Positions 20,081 through 28,942 of a stretch of 64,000 bases of DNA are shown here, piece by piece. Every line of letters begins with the position of its first letter. Positions within the stretch are counted from its first letter, which is position 1. Origin of the DNA: Dehalococcoidia bacterium (GTDB lineage: Bacteria; Chloroflexota; Dehalococcoidia; UBA6926); the NCBI GenBank assembly GCA_965207895.1, contig CBDBNN010000003.1:451755-515754 (forward strand), given 5' to 3'. Below the pieces are notes generated by a model. The model was not told the origin of the DNA and searched no databases. It worked only from the letters and a program-made list of their open reading frames with translations. Made by a program: the position numbers and the translations under genes.

Positions 20081-20749
20081 TCGGAAGTCGGGACACCACC
20101 GTAGCGAGTACGGTGCAGACTCTCGCCGAGGTGCGCCCAGCGTCCCGGCCATTCCTCATGCCTGCGGCGCAAACGTCACGCGGTTGGGTCGCAGCTTCAA
20201 CGCACGCCGTCCTGCTATGACTCCGCATGGCTGCGTCGCTCTCACGGCACCGGTCTCGGACCGATCTGCAGGCCGGACGCATTTCCTCTCACAGCAGCTC
20301 CCCGGTCCGCATCCCCGTGATATGACCCTGGACGAGCTGCGTTTTTCTCACCCCACTTCGTCCCCGCGTCCGGCATCCGACCGTGGGCGAAGTGCGTCTT
20401 GCGTCAAACGAACCCATCACACACACAACCCGCGCCCCGGATGCCGCGCGGGTCAGCAACATCAATATCAAGGAGGTGCACATGCACGTTGAGTAGTTAG
20501 TAGGCGAGACCAAGGGCGCCGGAGTCGGCATTGACGGCTTCACGCCCCCGCCTCTCGCACACAAGGCCCCCATAACAGTTGGCGAGCAAAGGGCCGCTTC
20601 TTCCTCCGCGCGAGGAAGGGTGGCCCTTCTCTTTGCCAGCAACGAACCCACGGAGACGGTCCCGGCTGCCGGGACATCAATTCGAGCGGGACTGTCTCCG
20701 CCCCACGGGGTGGCGGCCGTCCCGCTTCTTCATTGAAAGGAGAAGCGAC

Positions 20750-21907
20750 ATGACGACGGCAACCACACCAACGACCAATCGGCAGAACACGACGGAGACA
20801 ACGACGGATGCGGCAACGCCCGTTGAGGCCATGGGCAAGCCTGAGAGCGAACTCAGGGCGGTGGCCAGGAAGAAGGGCCTCACCATGAGGGAGCTTGCGG
20901 CCCTGATGGGCGTGAGCGCCAGCCACCTCTCCCAGGTCGGCACGGGCAAGAAGCCCTGGACCCCCAACCTGCGGGAGAAGGCGATGGCTGTGCTGGGCGA
21001 GGTCCCAGGACAGGGCTTCGTCTACCGACAGCGCGGCGAGGTCAATTCGGAGAGCAGCTACATCCGGGAGCAGGCACGGACGATGGGCTACACCATGCGG
21101 GAACTCTCCGACCGGTCGGGGGTGAGCTACTCCTACCTCACCCAGGTGGCCCGTGGCCGCCGCAACATGGGCGTCAAGGTGCAGGCCAGCATCGAATCGG
21201 CTCTTGGGGTGGCGGCCAGGGTCGCTCCGGCCAAGCTCGCCAACCGTCAGGGCGAGGTGGTCGAAGGGACGGACAGCAGCTTCATCCGGGAGACCGCCCG
21301 CGCCCTCGGCATCACCATGCGGGAGCTGGCCGAGAAGGTGGGCGTGTCCGCCGGGTACCTGTCCCAGGTGTCACGCGGGCACAGGAGCATGGGCGTGAAG
21401 CTTCAGGCTCGGGTCGAGGCTGTGCTTGGAGGGCGTGCGAAGGTCGCTTCCGCCCAGTGCCCCGACATCGACCGCCAGTTCATCTGGGAGCAGATGGACG
21501 CGCTAAACGTCAGCCAGAACGAGGTCGCGAGGCGGGCGGGCATCAGCTCCGGTCACCTCTCCCAGATCATGAACGGCCAGCGCAGCCCGTCCGCCGTGGT
21601 CATCAGAAAGCTGCACGGGGCGCTGTTCCGGCGCAGCCAAGACCCGCAGCGGGTGATGCCCGTTGCCATGAAGGTCCTGGGCTGGAAGAAGGGTGAGCGC
21701 AGCGGGATGGTGGTGCACGGCGCCCGTGGCCGGGACGGCACTGCCAGGGGCGGCGCGGTGCGCGTCGGCGGCCGGGTGCCCTGGGGCGCGAAGGTGGAGT
21801 ACGCCTTCCGCGCCGGGTACGACGGCAGGGGCAAGGTGTCGGTGGACCACGTGGTGGCGCCGAGCTGCTCCGCCCTGTTGATGCGGCCGGAGCCTACGAC
21901 CGCTTAA
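20750..21907 (+). CDS. protein with four tandem XRE-type helix-turn-helix domains
   Basis: Four repeats of the pattern (L/Y/I)TMRELAxxxGVSxxYLSQVxRGxR(S/N)M. RBS AAAGGAGAAG before the ATG at 20750. Gly/Arg-rich C-terminus. Confidence 0.75.
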   Translation: MTTATTPTTNRQNTTETTTDAATPVEAMGKPESELRAVARKKGLTMRELAALMGVSASHLSQVGTGKKPWTPNLREKAMAVLGEVPGQGFVYRQRGEVNSESSYIREQARTMGYTMRELSDRSGVSYSYLTQVARGRRNMGVKVQASIESALGVAARVAPAKLANRQGEVVEGTDSSFIRETARALGITMRELAEKVGVSAGYLSQVSRGHRSMGVKLQARVEAVLGGRAKVASAQCPDIDRQFIWEQMDALNVSQNEVARRAGISSGHLSQIMNGQRSPSAVVIRKLHGALFRRSQDPQRVMPVAMKVLGWKKGERSGMVVHGARGRDGTARGGAVRVGGRVPWGAKVEYAFRAGYDGRGKVSVDHVVAPSCSALLMRPEPTTA

Positions 21908-21915
21908 GCGCAAAG

Positions 21916-21954
21916 AGAGGGAGGCCATCGGAAGTTGATGGTCTCCCTCTCTAC
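21916..21954. terminator. strong hairpin (16-bp stem, one mismatch) followed by a T-run
   Basis: agagagggaggccatc ggaagtt gatggtctccctctct, then cgctttttgg. Sits between the convergent 4xHTH gene and the R-M operon end. Confidence 0.6.
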
Positions 21955-22274
21955 CGGGCACATATATGTCGCTTTTTGGCGTTGCCGAAATGTCTACGCT
22001 CGTATCAGACGTGTACTGAGAGACAATTGGCGCCAGTTGGCTGCGGCAATAAGCAGTCTCCCGAAAAGCGGCATCACCTGCCGGTTCAACATCCGCTCGT
22101 CTCTAGCTTCGGTAGCCCCTTGTTCTCTCCTTAGACCAGCGCCAGGATAGCCTCAATCTGTCCCACATCTATCTGAGAGGGTACAGCGATATTCTTCTGC
22201 GGCCCTGAGGCGGGCTGAACGGCGGGCGAGGCTTGGCTCACAGTCGGAGTCCCGCTCATTTGTCCGTGCAGCCA

Positions 22275-23003
22275 TCACAGGGGCAGCGACTCTCCGCTCT
22301 CCCGAAGATGCTGGCGACGCCGCTGCGCGTCCGGCATCACCGAAGCAATGAGTGTCCAGAACTCCGGTGAGTGGTCCCGGTGGGTCAGGTGCGCCAATTC
22401 GTGGACGACGACGTATTCCATCAGCGCCGGTTTCACCATCATGGCGCGCCAGTTGAAGCGCAGCGTCCCGTCGGGCGCGCAACTTCCCCAACGCTGACGC
22501 TGGTCGCGCACCAGCACACGAATCCTATCTCCATGTCCAAGCCGCGGCGTCCACCGTTCGACGACCTCTTCAAGTCTCTCTTGGGCGCGCGAGCGGTACC
22601 AGCGCACTACTGCTCGGCGGATCGACTCGTAGCGTTCATCGCCGCTCAGTCCCTTCGGGGCGGCGACCCGGAACCTCCAGTGATCGAAGCGGACTTCCGC
22701 CCTGCGCACGTCTGCGTCCTCCACAACCATGCGGACGTTGCGGCCCAGATAGGGTAGCGTCTCCCCGCTCACGAAGCGCTTGGGGGCGGTTTCCAGCATC
22801 CGGTCCGAGGCGTGACTCAGTATCCAGCCAGCCCGCTTCCGCACAATGGCGCGCAATTCGTTGACGGGCGTGGTCGTCGGCGCGACGACCTGCACCCCGC
22901 CGCCATCCACCGTGATCTGGACGGTCTTCCTGCGCCGACTGCTGCGTCGCACCTCGTAGTCGATGCTGGTATCGCCGAAGCGTACACGGCCCTCCTCGGT
23001 CAC
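22275..23003 (-). CDS. DUF45/YgjP-like zinc metallopeptidase (WLM/SprT-like)
   Basis: HELAHLTHRDHSPEFW zinc-binding motif. GTG start overlaps the hsdR stop (GTGA). This family is commonly linked to Type I R-M loci. Confidence 0.8.
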   Translation of the reverse strand: MTEEGRVRFGDTSIDYEVRRSSRRRKTVQITVDGGGVQVVAPTTTPVNELRAIVRKRAGWILSHASDRMLETAPKRFVSGETLPYLGRNVRMVVEDADVRRAEVRFDHWRFRVAAPKGLSGDERYESIRRAVVRWYRSRAQERLEEVVERWTPRLGHGDRIRVLVRDQRQRWGSCAPDGTLRFNWRAMMVKPALMEYVVVHELAHLTHRDHSPEFWTLIASVMPDAQRRRQHLRESGESLPL

Positions 23004-26000
23004 TGCCCGCTCCGGCGGCTGGCAAGCTCGACTATCCGGCTGGCCAACTCCTCCAGCTGGTCTTCGGTGTAGTCGCCCTTGGGTCTGAGTTCGCGCTTGA
23101 TGTCCCGGCGCATCAGCCGCCTGACATCCTCGTTCACATGCCAATCCACGACCCTGCTGCGCTGGGCGACGACCGACTCGATCCTCAGGGCAACGCTCCT
23201 GGCCTCCTCATCTATCTGAACGTGGTAAACGCCCTGCTCCTCTGCGATGTGCCGGGGAGGAACCTCTCCATTCTCCGGGCGTCTTTCCAGCAGCGCGTAG
23301 ATGGCGAAGGAGGTGGGTGAGAGACCGAACTCCGCCGCGATGTCGGCCTCGCTTCGCATCCGTCCCCGCACCTCAGCGTAGCGCCGGCACGCCTCGGCAG
23401 CGTCTATCACCCTGTTGCGCAGATCGTCGATGATGCGGGCCAGCTGTTCGGACAAGCGCTCGTAGAATGCGGGATTGTCTCCCAGACTCTCGTGGATCTG
23501 GGAGCGGATGGCGTGCTCCATGATGGACGCCCGCGCCTCGTCGTGGGGCAGGGCGGCGATCTTCTGGTCGAAGTCCCGGTCGAGGATGGACACCGGCCGC
23601 ATCATCTCCCGCACCTGGGCGCTGATGCGCTCGTCCACCAGCTTCTTCACCTTGGCCCCAATCTCCGTCCAGTCGATGTCGGCGTCCTCGCGAAGGAATT
23701 GGGCGCGCACGTAGGCGCGTATCTCCGTGAGCCGCGCCAGCCGGTCCGTGTAGTCCAGCGCGCGCGGGTCCGGCAGGAATCGGTCCATGAGACGGGAGAA
23801 ACCCCGGTAGTCGGCGTTGAACCGCTCGAATACGTGAGCCTTGAGGTTGCCCTCGGTGCTGGCGTCGGGCGCGAAGACGCTGACGCACGCCCAGGTGTCG
23901 CTCAGGTCCCGGCCCTTGAAGTGTGACTCGGCCTGGACGGCCGCGGCCTCGACGACCGACGCCGGGTCCTCGTCCATCTCCTGCATCGTGCCCTGCACAT
24001 CCGACCAGTCGAATGTTGAAAGAACGTCTTCGAGGTCCCGAGATACGCCGTGGTAGTCCACGACCAAGCCGTGGGTCTTTTCGGTCTCCGCCCCGTCCTT
24101 TCTATGCGAGAACCGGCGGTTGACCCTCGCAACGGCCTGAAGCAGCCCGTGCTCCCGCAGCGCTCTATCCAGGTAGAGCACCTGCTCCACGGGCGCGTCG
24201 AACCCGGTCAGCAGCATGTCCACCACGACCAGCACCTCCGGCTCGCCCTCCGGATCGACGAAGGCGCTTTCGACCTGTCCCTGGTCGAGTTCGCGCGCCG
24301 CCTTGAACTCCGGCCCGTCGTTTGGGGCTGTGGTGATGATGGGATAGGCGCTGAGGCCGAAATCCTTCAGTCGGCTGGCGTACCGGAGGGCGGCTACCCG
24401 GCTGGGCGCAACCACCTGGGCCTTGAACCCGTTGGGGCGAATCTTCGCCTTGAAATGCTCGGCGATGTCTAGGGCGATCATCTCGATGCGTCGCTCCGCC
24501 TCAGCCACCGTCTCTTTGTTGGCGTAGCGTCGGCGAATCTGCGCTTGGACAGCGGGCGGCTCGTCGCCGAACATGGCATCGTAGAGCTTGTCCAGGGTCT
24601 CCGGCCCCTCGATGGCAAGCTCGGGCAGGCGCGCCTCGTAGAAGATGGGCACCGTCGCGCCGTCGGCCACCGACTGGGGGATGGTGTAGGTGTCGATGAG
24701 CGAGCCAAAGCGCCCTATGGTGTTGCGCTTGAAGCCCTTCTCTATGGGCGTTCCGGTGAACCCGATGAGCGCCGCGTTGGGCAGCGCTTTGGAGAGCCGT
24801 CCCCCGAGGATGCCGTACTGCGTGCGGTGCGCCTCGTCCACCATGACGATGACGTTCTCCGAGGCGTTGAGCACGTCAAGCTCGCCCTCGGGGGTCGTCA
24901 GCGCCTCCTCGAACTTCTGGATGGTCGTCATGATCGTGCGGCCCGCGCCCGTGGTGAGCAGACGACGCAGGTCCCGGCTGGTCGCCGCCCGCTCCGGCGC
25001 AGGGAAGCCGCAACGCTCGAAGGTGCCGGTGATCTGCCGGTCCAGTTGCGTGCGGTCGGTCACCACGACAATCGTGGGATTGCCCAGACGAGGCTCCCGA
25101 CGCAGCCTCGTCGCCAACCACAGCATGGTCAGGGACTTGCCCGAACCCTGCGTGTGCCAGACCACGCCGCCCCGTTCCTCCGGCTTCAGGCCGGTGAGCA
25201 ATCGCTCCAACCCAGCGCGAACCGTGCGGTACTGCTGGTAGCGTGGCAGCTTCTTAACCACACGTCCCCGCTCCGGCTCATAGACCACATAGTCGCGGAG
25301 GATGTCCAGCAGGGTTGCGGGAGGCAGCAGGCCGACGATGAGCTGGGCCTGCCCCTGGGGTTCGACCCCGTACCTCTGCCTCACGTCGTCCTCGGAATGG
25401 CTCCCAAGCCATTTCCACTCGAAGTAGGCGTTCTCCGGCGCGCCGATGGAGGCGTACGCGGCAGCGGCCCCGCAGTGTGCGACGCACAGCAGGTTGTAAT
25501 GGAAGAGCTCGGGAGCGCCGCTCCCGCGCCACTCCGGCCCTGCCTCCTGGTAACGTCGCAACTGCCGCACCGCGTTGGTCTTCCACACGTCCAACAAGGA
25601 AGGCGACTTCGCCTCCATCACCACTAGGGGGATGCCGTTGACGAACAGCACGATGTCGGGAATGACCATGCGTTCGTCGTCCTCGGCGCCGCCTCTCTCG
25701 TTGGCGCGGCGGACGCGGAACTGGGTGGTGACGACGTACTCGTTGAGTCCGCCTTCAGGATGGTCGAAGTCGAAGAAACGAACGATCCGCGAATCCCTGC
25801 CCTGCGGCCCGTCAACGGTCAAGGGCTTGCCATAGGTCAGATACTCGTGGACCGCCTGGTTGCGGCCCATGCCGGTGGCGTCGATGTGCTCAAGGTCGAA
25901 GATGACCCGCCCGGCCTGGGCCTCGGTCATCCATTCGTTCAGACGAAGCAGGGCCGCTCTCAGGCGCCCCTTCAAGAGCACCTCCCGCTCGTCGCCTCGC

Positions 26001-26131
26001 TCCGCCGCCAGCGCCTCGCGCGGCACGTAGGTCCAACCCAGCTTCTCCAGCAAGCGCCTCGCTGGGTCCTCGGCGTGGTTGAATTCGTTGAGCTTGGAGG
26101 GTGTGGTCATAGGACTCCTAGCTACCCTCAT
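23000..26131 (-). CDS. hsdR: Type I restriction enzyme R subunit
   Basis: N-terminal nuclease motif (PDIVLFVNGIPLVVMEAK), SF2 helicase motifs (WHTQGSGKSLTM; VIVMVDEAHRTQ) and a long C-terminal domain. The start may be the internal MTTPSKL (about 26110). Confidence 0.95.
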   Translation of the reverse strand: MRVARSPMTTPSKLNEFNHAEDPARRLLEKLGWTYVPREALAAERGDEREVLLKGRLRAALLRLNEWMTEAQAGRVIFDLEHIDATGMGRNQAVHEYLTYGKPLTVDGPQGRDSRIVRFFDFDHPEGGLNEYVVTTQFRVRRANERGGAEDDERMVIPDIVLFVNGIPLVVMEAKSPSLLDVWKTNAVRQLRRYQEAGPEWRGSGAPELFHYNLLCVAHCGAAAAYASIGAPENAYFEWKWLGSHSEDDVRQRYGVEPQGQAQLIVGLLPPATLLDILRDYVVYEPERGRVVKKLPRYQQYRTVRAGLERLLTGLKPEERGGVVWHTQGSGKSLTMLWLATRLRREPRLGNPTIVVVTDRTQLDRQITGTFERCGFPAPERAATSRDLRRLLTTGAGRTIMTTIQKFEEALTTPEGELDVLNASENVIVMVDEAHRTQYGILGGRLSKALPNAALIGFTGTPIEKGFKRNTIGRFGSLIDTYTIPQSVADGATVPIFYEARLPELAIEGPETLDKLYDAMFGDEPPAVQAQIRRRYANKETVAEAERRIEMIALDIAEHFKAKIRPNGFKAQVVAPSRVAALRYASRLKDFGLSAYPIITTAPNDGPEFKAARELDQGQVESAFVDPEGEPEVLVVVDMLLTGFDAPVEQVLYLDRALREHGLLQAVARVNRRFSHRKDGAETEKTHGLVVDYHGVSRDLEDVLSTFDWSDVQGTMQEMDEDPASVVEAAAVQAESHFKGRDLSDTWACVSVFAPDASTEGNLKAHVFERFNADYRGFSRLMDRFLPDPRALDYTDRLARLTEIRAYVRAQFLREDADIDWTEIGAKVKKLVDERISAQVREMMRPVSILDRDFDQKIAALPHDEARASIMEHAIRSQIHESLGDNPAFYERLSEQLARIIDDLRNRVIDAAEACRRYAEVRGRMRSEADIAAEFGLSPTSFAIYALLERRPENGEVPPRHIAEEQGVYHVQIDEEARSVALRIESVVAQRSRVVDWHVNEDVRRLMRRDIKRELRPKGDYTEDQLEELASRIVELASRRSGQ

Positions 26132-27086
26132 CGAAAGTAGTTGAACTCCAATGACTGGCTACCCTAAGCACGTAATCGGCACAGATTATGGCATTCAGGG
26201 CTTGCCTGCTTGTATTGTATGCAGCAAAACCGTGACTAGCCGCATGGCGATTCGGTGTCGGACTGTGCCTGATTTCTTCCAGGTTCTCGCTCTCCACCCG
26301 AGCGTAGAGTTCGTGCATGATGTATTTGATGACGACCCACTCGTGGCGACCATCCCAGATCAAATTTCTAAACGGTGTATGACCTACTCGCTCCTGGATT
26401 TCTCCGTACTGCCCGCTCTTCGTTCCTTCGATACCGAGCAAGTCCTCACGAATCACTTTCTCGATTAGAGGCAATACTCCGTAACAGGCTGAGCGAAAAT
26501 AACCTAGCCTATAGACCTCCAACGCTTCACGGACCGCGCTCTTGTCTTCGTCATCTACTGAGTAATCCGATAAGCGCGTGGATATGTCTTCAACTATCTC
26601 GCTTGTACATTCACTGTAATACCGGTCTACGAGGTCGCTGAACGTGCTCTCGTCGTAACTTGAGTCGTCCAAGAACTGTGCAAACGGAACAGTTCTATAT
26701 GGGAGCCATCCGGTGGTTGTGCTTGCCTCTTCCATTCGTTGTTCAAATGCAAATGGATTGGGAAGCTTCAGCACGTCCAACGAGGGGAGCCAGGTGTTTG
26801 GCTGCAAGGTAATCTGGGTTATCTCTGATATGGCCCCCAATTGTTGTGTCAACAGGTGAGCCATAAGGGAAGTCATGCGACTCTGGTCAAGGATCGACTG
26901 TAGACCGCTCGTCATGTGTGCCAACGAGCTTTGCCATCTACCCAATTGCCCTTCCATGATACTGGCCTGAATCTTGAAGGAGTCATCCCACAGCTTGCTG
27001 AATGACGCTGTTATCTGATTCATATCGCTCATCACGTGACGCAGGTCCTCATGGGAGGTACCGCGAACATCATCTTCAGTGCTCAT
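26118..27086 (-). CDS. hypothetical protein on an AT-richer segment inside the R-M operon; possible HEPN-like (R-x4-H) protein
   Basis: Clean 322-codon ORF with 14-nt and 4-nt overlaps with neighbours. C-terminal NRHAASHG fits the Rx4-6H HEPN signature. Composition is clearly AT-richer than hsdS/hsdR. Confidence 0.6.
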   Translation of the reverse strand: MSTEDDVRGTSHEDLRHVMSDMNQITASFSKLWDDSFKIQASIMEGQLGRWQSSLAHMTSGLQSILDQSRMTSLMAHLLTQQLGAISEITQITLQPNTWLPSLDVLKLPNPFAFEQRMEEASTTTGWLPYRTVPFAQFLDDSSYDESTFSDLVDRYYSECTSEIVEDISTRLSDYSVDDEDKSAVREALEVYRLGYFRSACYGVLPLIEKVIREDLLGIEGTKSGQYGEIQERVGHTPFRNLIWDGRHEWVVIKYIMHELYARVESENLEEIRHSPTPNRHAASHGFAAYNTSRQALNAIICADYVLRVASHWSSTTFDEGS

Positions 27087-28351
27087 AGCTGCTTTGCCGC
27101 CGTCCTTCCATGCATACGAACGCGACCCGTCAGCAGCGCCTCTGACGCCGATCCCTTCAGTGCTTGCAGCCTTTCCCGCTCCTCGTGCCCCTGCTCAATG
27201 GCCGAGTCTACGCCAGTCAGCACTGAGGCGATGGTCTGCTGCTCTCGCAACGCCGGAAGTGGAATCGAAAGAGAGTTTGTAGCACCCAGCGTCAGGCCAA
27301 AGCGAGTGACTCCATTGGCGATGCGAGCAAACCGGCTTGCCGTCCGTGGAGACCCTAGTAGCTCAGCCAGATACGCGCCATCGGCTAGCTCCATGCGCGG
27401 TCGTGCCAATCCCAGGTGATAGCCACACAGGACTGTTGGCATATCCGCAGTCACATAGGCGGGAATCCCGATTTCATCTGGCGTTTCCGAGTCCTTCGTG
27501 AAGAGAACGTCGTTCTTCCGCAACGCCCATCGGTCACACTCAACCGGGCTAGCGGTCGCAGCCATAAAGCGCATTCCAGGTCGGATTCGGCGACTGTAGA
27601 AGACATCCGTGTAGTTGCAGAGTTCAACCGGAACCTCGCCGTCCACGGTTCTCTTATCGACGCTACTGAAAGCTACCTCCGTCACATCCCCCAGCCGTAC
27701 CACCTCCCAGTTCGCCGGTATCGTCCCGATGCCCGGCGCTTCCTTCCACTCTGTGTGCCAGCCGGGGACACCGCGGGTGAGGAGTTCGTGTAGTAGAGAG
27801 TCGCGCAGTTGCTCGGTGGCGGCGATGGCTGCATCCGTCCTCTCGATTGCTTCATCGATGCCGTCCAGCACGGCGGCGATGGCCCGCTGTTCGGGTAGTG
27901 GGGGGAGTAGGATGGGGAGATTGCGCAAGTGTGTCCAGGATGTTCTTGGCATCTTGGTCCCACCGACTCCACGCATCGCGTATTCATAGGTCTGGTCGCC
28001 ACGAAGCAAGTGACTGAGAAAGGAACTGTCTGCCTCGCTGCCACCGAATATGGCGAGGATGTCGGTCGAGCAAACGCCGTCAAACTGTGCTCGAATCACT
28101 TTTCTCAGGTTTGGACGAAGCTTCCCGTAAAGCGTGTCACCCTCTCGGAAGAGAGTCTTGTTGCTGATCGACTCTCCCGCTCTTCCGTACCCGTTCAAAG
28201 CCCCCTCAGCAATGATGTGTTCAAGGGCAATGTAAGGCCGGTGATCGTGTTTCGTGGGTTTGACTTGCTCCATGCGGAGATTCGCCACATCCCCCAACTG
28301 CACTACCTGCCAGCCGTCGGGTATCGTCCCATTGTCTCCTGAACGTCCCAT
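27083..28351 (-). CDS. hsdS: Type I restriction specificity subunit (two TRDs)
   Basis: Two target-recognition domains each followed by the conserved L-x-x-L-P-x-L-x-E-Q-x-x-I block (LPPLPEQRAIAAVL; LPALREQQTIASVL). Confidence 0.9.
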   Translation of the reverse strand: MGRSGDNGTIPDGWQVVQLGDVANLRMEQVKPTKHDHRPYIALEHIIAEGALNGYGRAGESISNKTLFREGDTLYGKLRPNLRKVIRAQFDGVCSTDILAIFGGSEADSSFLSHLLRGDQTYEYAMRGVGGTKMPRTSWTHLRNLPILLPPLPEQRAIAAVLDGIDEAIERTDAAIAATEQLRDSLLHELLTRGVPGWHTEWKEAPGIGTIPANWEVVRLGDVTEVAFSSVDKRTVDGEVPVELCNYTDVFYSRRIRPGMRFMAATASPVECDRWALRKNDVLFTKDSETPDEIGIPAYVTADMPTVLCGYHLGLARPRMELADGAYLAELLGSPRTASRFARIANGVTRFGLTLGATNSLSIPLPALREQQTIASVLTGVDSAIEQGHEERERLQALKGSASEALLTGRVRMHGRTAAKQL

Positions 28352-28359
28352 CGGTCTCT

Positions 28360-28710
28360 TCAGTTACCTTCGTCCGTGGGCGGGCGTATCTCGTGGATGG
28401 TCACCGGAAGTCCTGCCCGCTTAGCTTCCAGCCAGCGTTTGAAGGAACGCTGGCTTTCTCCGGAGGGCCATCCTCCCAACAGCATTTCCACGCTGATGTC
28501 CTCATCCAGGGCAGGCCAGTGGATGCCCTCGCCAGCGCCTATCAGCCGCCAGTTGTGGCGTTCCTCAGGCGTGGCGTGGATGAGCCTGGGATACCAGGAC
28601 AGTGGCACCGACACGGTCCGCCCGTCGGAGAGCTCTGCGGTCAGGGTATCGTCGGTCACCTCGACCGTCATGGCCTCCGGCACACTCACCTTAAGCGTTG
28701 AAACGTTCAT
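28360..28710 (-). CDS. DUF2442 family protein
   Basis: Size and sequence pattern of DUF2442. Overlaps the DUF4160 gene by 20 nt, the usual pairing. Confidence 0.65.
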   Translation of the reverse strand: MNVSTLKVSVPEAMTVEVTDDTLTAELSDGRTVSVPLSWYPRLIHATPEERHNWRLIGAGEGIHWPALDEDISVEMLLGGWPSGESQRSFKRWLEAKRAGLPVTIHEIRPPTDEGN

Positions 28711-28927
28711 TCCAAGCCTCCAGAAACGAATTCTGATTTTCCTCGACTATCTTCTCGATGCGGCGTATCTCATGCCGCCTCAATCCGCCTGTCTGTTGAA
28801 GCCTGACCGGCTCCAGCCAAAACTTGGCGATGCGGTCATCGCGTTCGACGTGAATGTGGGGAGGCTCTCCCCGGTCGCTCGCGTAGAAGAAGAACCGGTA
28901 CGGCCCCTCCCTCAGTATGACCGGCAT
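28691..28927 (-). CDS. DUF4160 family protein
   Basis: MPVILREGPYRFFFYASDRGEPPHIHVE is the hallmark N-terminus of DUF4160. Confidence 0.7.
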   Translation of the reverse strand: MPVILREGPYRFFFYASDRGEPPHIHVERDDRIAKFWLEPVRLQQTGGLRRHEIRRIEKIVEENQNSFLEAWNERFNA

Positions 28928-28942
28928 GGTCCACCAAGCCTC

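Noticed and set aside
16590-20750. Possible CRISPR array
   Set aside because: The repeats are of several unrelated families, irregularly spaced, partly within a 450-bp duplication, with no uniform repeat-spacer periodicity and no cas genes.
24545-25627. 360-aa plus-strand ORF, with others nearby
   Set aside because: Antisense to hsdR. High-GC frame artefact.
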